DNA of 58,354 bases from an uncultured Erysipelotrichaceae bacterium (GTDB lineage: Bacteria > Bacillota_I > Bacilli_A > RF39 > UBA660): positions 1-58,354 of the forward strand of contig CACZAH010000005.1 of NCBI GenBank assembly GCA_902779035.1, written 5' to 3'. Below the pieces are notes generated by a model. The model was not told where the DNA came from. It saw nothing but the letters and a program-made list of their open reading frames with translations, and searched no databases. The translations under genes were made by a program, and so were the position numbers. Positions 51,613-58,354 of this stretch are shown piece by piece. Each line of letters opens with the position of its first letter. The first letter of the stretch is position 1.

Positions 51613-52857
51613 CTAATATTTTGAAAAATATGTCTCTAATTCAGATACATCTACTAAATAGTATGATCCTTTATTATATGTTAATTTTACATCCATATAA
51701 TCATAATCTGAATCAGAATGAGTTTTTTCATTATTACTGTAATCATTATACTTAATTGTATAATCATAATTTACTTTAAATTCAACGTCTATATATCCGT
51801 TTGAATCTAAATCAATATCATAAACAGTTGCATCAGTTACAGTAAAACTTGTCAAAATATTTGATTCACTACCTAAATCACTAACAAATTCATTATAACT
51901 TTGTTCTAACTTAGTTAAGTCATTACCACTTACATTAAAGTTGCTTTTGATATCTGCAAAACTTTTCTTTGCAATTGCAGATGTATAGATTGTAGTAATA
52001 TCTTTTTTAGCTACTTCAATAATCTTATTTTTAGCAGCATCAGTCATAGAATCTTCATCAAATGATACTGTATGATTACTATTATAGCTTGATGGAGTAA
52101 CTTTTTCTTCTATCTCTAATCCCGATGGTAATACTGCTTTAACTACAGTTTCATAAGCAAATACTTGAGGTAATACATATACATCATATTCATTTGATGA
52201 CTTAGATGAATTTAAATATTTCTTATCTACATTAATACCACCAAACGTTAATTTAGAACCTTTAGTAACTTTTAATGTATAGTCTTTCACAACAGTAGTA
52301 TTAATAGAATCACTAATCTTCCAATTATCAAAGAATACATATTTTTTACTCTTATCTTTAGTTAAACTAACTTTTCCATTTGATTCACTACTACTATTTT
52401 TAGTTGTATAAGTAAACTTAACAGTAGCTTGTAATTTACCAGTTGAGTATTCTACATCAGTAATTTTATAATTAGTAATAGAAGTGTCTTCTAATTCTTC
52501 TTTTACATAATCACTAAATACTTTTTTAGATACAAAAGTAGAATCTCCACTAATATTTAAATAACTATATAATCTATTACCATCTTTATTAATTACTGCC
52601 TGAATATACTCTTTTGCAACATTCTTAGGATTAGTAATATTACCTAGTACCACAAATAAAGCTACAAATGCAACAACAACTAAAGCAATTACTCCAATAA
52701 TAATCTTAGTAGATTTAGTCATTGGCTTCTTAGGTGTATTATTTACGACATTCTTGGTTTTAGTTTTTTTCACCTCAACAACTTCTAACTTTGCTCCACA
52801 TTCTTTACAAAATGCATCACCTTTTTTGTTCTTTGTACCACATTCACCGCAAAACAT
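51613..52857 (-). CDS. Zinc-ribbon membrane protein, TcaA-like
   Basis: FCGECG..FCKECG, TM, K..KYVFFDNWKI. Confidence 0.7.
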   Translation of the reverse strand: MFCGECGTKNKKGDAFCKECGAKLEVVEVKKTKTKNVVNNTPKKPMTKSTKIIIGVIALVVVAFVALFVVLGNITNPKNVAKEYIQAVINKDGNRLYSYLNISGDSTFVSKKVFSDYVKEELEDTSITNYKITDVEYSTGKLQATVKFTYTTKNSSSESNGKVSLTKDKSKKYVFFDNWKISDSINTTVVKDYTLKVTKGSKLTFGGINVDKKYLNSSKSSNEYDVYVLPQVFAYETVVKAVLPSGLEIEEKVTPSSYNSNHTVSFDEDSMTDAAKNKIIEVAKKDITTIYTSAIAKKSFADIKSNFNVSGNDLTKLEQSYNEFVSDLGSESNILTSFTVTDATVYDIDLDSNGYIDVEFKVNYDYTIKYNDYSNNEKTHSDSDYDYMDVKLTYNKGSYYLVDVSELETYFSKY

Positions 52858-52917
52858 CTTCTTACCTCCTCTCTATTTTAATTTTACAATTTTCGTATCA
52901 CTTAGTCAAGATAAATA

Positions 52918-53517
52918 TCAATATTTGTATTTTTTTATATATCTACCATGCCCTGCTAAATTAATATCACACTCTTCAATTTCAAGGTTAGTAACACATC
53001 TATCTATACCATAGAAAGCCTTTAATTTTTCAACCATCATTATATATCTTATAATTGCGTCTTTATACATTTTATCATCAATAAGACTAACAATTGGACT
53101 AATATAATTATAGAAGATTTTTGCTGCAACTAACCTATTTTGTTTGTCATTTTCTAAATGTTTACATATTATAGGTCCTACTACATCATATTCTACTAAT
53201 AAATTATTATACTCTGAATTCTTCAAATATTTATTTCTAAAATTTCTTAAAGTATTAATATAATGATTAGAATCACTTAAATTAAGTAAATTGCATAGAA
53301 GTGTTGTTATATAACAACTACTACTAGTTTTTGAATTACTAAAATCTATTGCATTGTTAATAGTAGAACTATCCCTCGAGTATGCTTTAGTATAACTTGA
53401 ACATGCTGTATCTGTAGCTAGATGTCTATCATACTTTTTATTACAATAATACTTCCCATAACAATTTCCTCCATAATCTAAATCTAGATATGTACAACTT
53501 CCACATATTTTACTCAT
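52918..53517 (-). CDS. Cys-rich protein with CFI-box-CTERM-like domain
   Basis: CGSC..C..C N-terminus; CYITT..LRNFRNKYL..EYDVVGP. Confidence 0.6.
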   Translation of the reverse strand: MSKICGSCTYLDLDYGGNCYGKYYCNKKYDRHLATDTACSSYTKAYSRDSSTINNAIDFSNSKTSSSCYITTLLCNLLNLSDSNHYINTLRNFRNKYLKNSEYNNLLVEYDVVGPIICKHLENDKQNRLVAAKIFYNYISPIVSLIDDKMYKDAIIRYIMMVEKLKAFYGIDRCVTNLEIEECDINLAGHGRYIKKYKY

Positions 53518-53587
53518 AAATTCTCCTTTCAATTAATTGATATTATAGCACTATGCATTTTAAAAGCCAAGAATAAATCTTGACATA

Positions 53588-54778
53588 TTATAATATAATC
53601 TTAAATACCGTTTTATTATTATTAGAAGATGCTTCAATAGTACCATTATGATTATTAACAATGTTTTTCGCAATTGCAAGTCCTAATCCATATCTATTCT
53701 CACTTCTATTCCTTGATTTATCTACACGATAGAATCTTTCAAATATCTTTTCTTTATCTTCATTTTTTATCTCATCGCCTGTATTAGTTATTTCAATATT
53801 AATATTATTTTTATTTTTATGCATAGCAACTTCTATACAAGAATCTTTATAACTATGTTTAATAGCATTATCAAGAATAATTGATATTAATCTTTCTATA
53901 TCTTCTTTTATACACATATAATTTATATTATCTTCTATATTAGTATCAATACCTACATTTTTTTCATATGCAATACTCTCAAATGTTAGACATATCTTAC
54001 TAACTATTTTAGATATATTTTCTAATCTATATAATTCTTTTTTAACTCCAGTTTCTAACTTAGATAAATCAAGCAAATTACTTATTAGCCTATTCATTCT
54101 ATCTGTTTCATATTTTATATTATCAATATATTTTTGATTACTACTACCTACTTTTATTTCATCAGATGATGCCATAATAATAGCTAGAGGTGTCTTTAAT
54201 TCATGTGATGCATCAGCAATAAATTCTTTTTGTTTTTTATAGGATTCTATTGCTGGTCTTGTTATCCAATCAGTAATTATTTTTGATATTAAATATATAA
54301 TTATTTCACTAAATATAAAAAGTATTATTGATTTAATTAATGTACTTATAAGTTTATTATTAGTACTCTTAGTATTTATTATAATAATCATATTACCAGT
54401 TTTGTTATAAGAGTATTTGTTCATATACAAGTTACCTATATGATAATCATTATTTTTATTTAATAAATTAGTTGCGATAGTTTTAATATCAAAACTACTA
54501 TTATCATTACTATGACTTACTATTCTATCTATCTTATTATTATTTAAATATACTGTATATACTTCATAATCCATAATAATCATATTATCTATATCTCTAG
54601 GTTTATGATTATCTTCTATTTTATTAGGTATCATTCTATCTATATTATTTAAATTTCTTCTAACACTCTCATACTCTCTTTTATATATTTGATAATTGTA
54701 TATAGTAATCCCTATAATTAAGAAAGATGAAATAAGTAAAAATATAGTAAAGAATGTCTTTTTATTTAATCTCTTCAT
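53588..54778 (-). CDS. Sensor histidine kinase
   Basis: ADASHELKTPL, LDNAIKH, FERFYRVD, GLGLAIA. Confidence 0.93.
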   Translation of the reverse strand: MKRLNKKTFFTIFLLISSFLIIGITIYNYQIYKREYESVRRNLNNIDRMIPNKIEDNHKPRDIDNMIIMDYEVYTVYLNNNKIDRIVSHSNDNSSFDIKTIATNLLNKNNDYHIGNLYMNKYSYNKTGNMIIIINTKSTNNKLISTLIKSIILFIFSEIIIYLISKIITDWITRPAIESYKKQKEFIADASHELKTPLAIIMASSDEIKVGSSNQKYIDNIKYETDRMNRLISNLLDLSKLETGVKKELYRLENISKIVSKICLTFESIAYEKNVGIDTNIEDNINYMCIKEDIERLISIILDNAIKHSYKDSCIEVAMHKNKNNINIEITNTGDEIKNEDKEKIFERFYRVDKSRNRSENRYGLGLAIAKNIVNNHNGTIEASSNNNKTVFKIIL

Positions 54779-55451
54779 TATTATACTCCATCTTATATCC
54801 TAAATTTCTTGCTGATTTAATACTTACTTTAGAATCTATTATTTTTAATTTCTTTCTAATAAATGATAAATATGCTTCTAAGTTATTAGATATAATATCA
54901 CTATCCATTCCCCATACTTTATCATATATCAATTCTTTTGATAATACTTGATTCGGATTATTTAAGAAGTATTCAAGTAATTGAAACTCTTTATTAATTA
55001 TATTAATAGAATCATTTGTATTCTTATTAATTAAATTACATTTTTTCAAATCTAGATATATATCACCAAACTCTATAGTATTAGTATCGTTGCTCTTTTT
55101 CCTTAATTGAACATTAACTCTAGCTACTAACTCATCAATATGAAAAGGCTTAGTAAGATAATCATCAGTACCAAGTTCAAAACCAAGTAATTTATCATCA
55201 AGTTCTCCCTTAGCCGTTAACATAATTACTTTAGCTTTAATATTATTCTTTCTAATATTCTTTAAGATTTCTATACCACTTACATTAGGAAGCATAATGT
55301 CAAGAATTATCAAATCATAAATATCAGTTAAAGCATTATACATTCCATCTTCACCATCATTTGATATATCAACTGTGTATTTTTCTTTTTTTAGTCTATC
55401 ACTTACTAATTCAGCAAGTCTAGCCTCATCCTCAACAACAAGTATACGCAT
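54762..55451 (-). CDS. OmpR-family response regulator
   Basis: LVVEDE, LDIMLP, MLTA, DDYLTKPF, winged helix. Confidence 0.93.
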   Translation of the reverse strand: MRILVVEDEARLAELVSDRLKKEKYTVDISNDGEDGMYNALTDIYDLIILDIMLPNVSGIEILKNIRKNNIKAKVIMLTAKGELDDKLLGFELGTDDYLTKPFHIDELVARVNVQLRKKSNDTNTIEFGDIYLDLKKCNLINKNTNDSINIINKEFQLLEYFLNNPNQVLSKELIYDKVWGMDSDIISNNLEAYLSFIRKKLKIIDSKVSIKSARNLGYKMEYNNEEIK

Positions 55452-55550
55452 AATCCACCTCAATTAAATAATATAATACTTTTATTAAATAAATGTTAAA
55501 TACATTATATTATTTGAGTATTAAAAAAGCAAGCAACATATGCTTACTAA

Positions 55551-56378
55551 TTATAGATTTTTAATATTATTGTTATATTTATTACGCTTTAGTTTTAACT
55601 GTTTTGATATACCATATTTTAAAATATCAACATATTCTGAACTTGCAAAATCCTTATCCTCTTCCATCTTTTTCATTTTATCTAATACTTCAACTGAATC
55701 TTCATACACTAATACATCATGTTTTACAAGTTTTAAATAATCTTTATATCTCATCATAGAGTTATGCGCAAAATCATACATCACACCATTATCAACTATA
55801 AATGAATGATAACCTCTACCAACTAATTCTTTATCCTCCAAAGCCACCACAACCTTTTGTGTCTTATTAATATTTGCCTCTCTCATAAATGTTGAGGTAA
55901 CTGCATGACAATATCCGCGATATTCATCTATTAATTCTCTTTCTAAAGGTACGTGAGAAAATCGAATTTTATCATTAGAAGGAGTAATAATTTCAATTTC
56001 TTTATGATCTTTACCATCAATAATTTTAGCACTTTTAATCAATCCTAATTCAACATAAGAGTTAAAAGCACGCTCTACAAAATCAAAACCATTATCTAGT
56101 AAATTATTACTACAATTTGTTAAAAAATTTCCATATAACCAGTTTACACTAATTCTATCTATTATATTTTTCTTACACCATTTTTTAAATTTATCTGGAA
56201 AATTACAATATTCTAAAAGCAGATAAGTAATAACAAGATGATTATTCACATCTTCCTTAGTATTTAAAAAATGTTTTACTTGTCTTTTTATATTAAACAG
56301 AATTAGATTTAGTTCAAACTCATTTAATGCATCATACATTTTTTCATTCTTTTTAAATTGCCAATTATATTTATTCAT
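55551..56378 (-). CDS. Hypothetical protein (possible Cys-His-Asp papain/transglutaminase-like core)
   Basis: GYCHAV..YHSFI..YDF. Confidence 0.5.
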   Translation of the reverse strand: MNKYNWQFKKNEKMYDALNEFELNLILFNIKRQVKHFLNTKEDVNNHLVITYLLLEYCNFPDKFKKWCKKNIIDRISVNWLYGNFLTNCSNNLLDNGFDFVERAFNSYVELGLIKSAKIIDGKDHKEIEIITPSNDKIRFSHVPLERELIDEYRGYCHAVTSTFMREANINKTQKVVVALEDKELVGRGYHSFIVDNGVMYDFAHNSMMRYKDYLKLVKHDVLVYEDSVEVLDKMKKMEEDKDFASSEYVDILKYGISKQLKLKRNKYNNNIKNL

Positions 56379-56457
56379 AAATTTTTCACCTGGGTAGTTA
56401 TTATAAACATTTATTTGAAAAAGTCAAATTCACATTTTAATTAAAACCAACCATAAA

Positions 56458-57315
56458 TTATTTACCAGCAACTTCTTCACTAATTACATCAGTTTCATAT
56501 AAAGTTTTTAACTTATTCTTTTTTTCTAATTCTTTTAAACTTTTATTAGGAGTTGGTAAATCTTCTGGCATAGTTCCACCTAACTCTTTAATAGTATTTC
56601 TTATCTTCTTAGCTACTTCATAATGAGTAATATTAGCATTACCTTCGCCTTTGATATTATCATTTTTTAGTTTCTGTTCTGTCTGTGATATTCTAAATAA
56701 GTTTGCAATAAGTTCATCACTACACATATTATCTAATATATCCTCTCTATACCTTAAACCTTTCCTTTTAAAAATATCATCTGCTGTCTCTCCATTATAT
56801 AATCCTTTATAGCCATAATTGTGAAACTTATCAAAGTTCTTAACTCCAGCATGTTTTGCAGTTTGATTTAAAGAATAATTACCTTTTCTAGTTAAACTTC
56901 GCTGATAAAATCTTTTTTCATCTTCTGATAATTTATTATATTCTTGTTCTAATAATTCCTGTTTCCTTGTTTGTACTGCAAAGTATGTTTGAGCAAGAGC
57001 AATAACTTTTTTCCTTGAATCTCCATTTTGTGCGATTAAATAACAGCCATAACGTGATAATTTGTAATCTTTTACTTCTCTCCAAGAATCACCTGTTTGG
57101 ACCATTTTGGCGGCTCCGACAAAATGGTCCAATAATTCAACATTGCTATTAATACAAGCATTAATCGCTTTATCTATAACTCCTTTAAATTTACGCCATT
57201 CTTTATAATCTAAAACTTTTTGCAATTCCCTAGCTAACCAATATTCATCCCCGTTTTCATCTGCATGTTTGATATCTTCAAATACTTTTTCATTTATAAC
57301 TTCTAAATCATTCAT
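56458..57315 (-). CDS. dinD: DNA damage-inducible protein D family (copy 1, intact)
   Basis: FEDIKH..EYWLAREL, LSRYGCYLIAQNGD, AQTYFAVQTRKQE, GGTMPEDLPTP. Confidence 0.9.
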   Translation of the reverse strand: MNDLEVINEKVFEDIKHADENGDEYWLARELQKVLDYKEWRKFKGVIDKAINACINSNVELLDHFVGAAKMVQTGDSWREVKDYKLSRYGCYLIAQNGDSRKKVIALAQTYFAVQTRKQELLEQEYNKLSEDEKRFYQRSLTRKGNYSLNQTAKHAGVKNFDKFHNYGYKGLYNGETADDIFKRKGLRYREDILDNMCSDELIANLFRISQTEQKLKNDNIKGEGNANITHYEVAKKIRNTIKELGGTMPEDLPTPNKSLKELEKKNKLKTLYETDVISEEVAGK

Positions 57316-57335
57316 CTAATCATCCTCCATTATTA

Positions 57336-58171
57336 CTATTTACTAACATTTTTCTCATTAATTACATTATTAAGTTTTAATTTATTCTCTTTTTCTAACT
57401 CTTTTAAACTTTTATTAGGAGTTGGTAAATCTTCTGGCATAGTTCCACCTAACTCTTTAATAGTATTTCTTATCTTCTTACCTACTTCATAATGAGTTCA
57501 CCTTTAACATCATCATTCTTTAGTTTAGCTTCGGTTTGAACTATTCTAAATAAATTATCGGCAAGTTCTTCACTACCCATATTATCAAGTATATCTTCTC
57601 TATACCTTAAACCTTTCCTTTTAAAAATATCATCTGCTGTCTCTCCATTATATAATCCCTTATATCCATAATTATGAAACTTATCAAAGTTCTTAACTCC
57701 AGCATGTTTTGCAGTTTGATTTAAAGAATAATTACCTTTTCTAGTTAAATTACGTCGATAAAGTCTTTTTTCATCTTCTGATAATTTATTATATTCTTGT
57801 TCTAATAACTCCTGTTTTCTTGTTTGTACTGCAAAGTATGTTTGAGCAAAAGCTACTATTGGTTTTGAAGAGTCAGAATTTTGAACTATTAAATAGCATG
57901 CATATCTACTTAATCTATAATCATTTAGTTTTCTTTTTGCATTTGAGCCAATATTCACCATTACGGCCATTTGGACGAAATGGTTTTTAACAATTTGGCC
58001 ACTATTTTCACATGAAATCATTGCTTTTTTTATCGAAGGCAAAAACTTTCTATATTCTCCATATTTTAATATTTTTCCTAATTCCCTTGCATACCAGTAT
58101 TCACATCCTTTTTCATCTATATGCTTAATATCTTCAAAGATTTTTACATTTATAACTTCTAAATTATTCAT
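57336..58171 (-). pseudogene. dinD: DinD family copy 2, 16-nt deletion frameshift near 57498
   Basis: Lacks the GNANI codons of copy 1; downstream frame continues HYEVGKKIRNT...NVSK*. Confidence 0.85.
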
Positions 58172-58192
58172 CTAATCATCCTCCGTTTTTAT

Positions 58193-58354
58193 TTATTTAC
58201 TAATAATTTTTTCATTAATTACACTCACAAATTTTAACTTATTCTCTTTTTTTAGCTCTTTTAAACTTTTATTAGGAGTTGGTAAATCTTCTGGCATAGT
58301 TCCACCTAACTCTTTAATAGTATTTCTTATCTTCTTACCTACTTCATAATGAGT
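58193..58354 (-). CDS. dinD: DinD family copy 3, C-terminal part (truncated by window end)
   Basis: THYEVGKKIRNTIKELGGTMPEDLPTPNKSLKEL...IISK*. Confidence 0.85.
   Translation of the reverse strand, partial: THYEVGKKIRNTIKELGGTMPEDLPTPNKSLKELKKENKLKFVSVINEKIISK

Noticed and set aside
2951-55740. Short overlapping or antisense ORFs (2951, 7821, 11303, 12714, 16343, 17836, 21015, 22878, 23808, 25604, 40032, 43484, 44853, 47065, 47887, 51149, 52754, 54754, 55540)
   Set aside because: They overlap well-supported genes, with no RBS or recognisable motifs
1-58354. CRISPR array or cas genes
   Set aside because: No regularly spaced repeat-spacer pattern seen; the repeats found are tandem without spacers

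Overview
Very AT-rich chromosomal window from a spore-forming Bacillota/Bacilli-like bacterium. It carries sspI, spoVIF, ltaS, glyQS, rnhC and trmB; the gene content is reminiscent of uncultured gut Bacilli such as RF39, which is an inference. The housekeeping backbone (rnhC, trmB, glyQS, yigZ, thyX-like, ltaS, hemW, lepA, ppaC, PBP, addA, two-component system, tRNA-Met) is interrupted by accessory modules: (1) a stand-alone A-T-C NRPS with PPTase and MATE, coupled to a PP2C/anti-sigma/STAS partner switch; (2) two paralogous prepilin-like genes with variable C-terminal domains and a shared 5' leader, one behind a poly-T-spacer (phase-variable) promoter and the other with a collapsed promoter and a frameshift; (3) two tandem, unannotated type I toxin-antitoxin-like cassettes; (4) an ultrashort, apparently translational glycine T-box; (5) a six-dockerin membrane protein; (6) a decayed tRNA-Met island with an ISAs1 element, a DUF3800 two-gene operon and a convergent structured sRNA; (7) a degenerate IS4-like element; (8) a tandem array of at least 3 dinD paralogs at the window end. 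All calls come from reading motifs by eye; no database searches were run.
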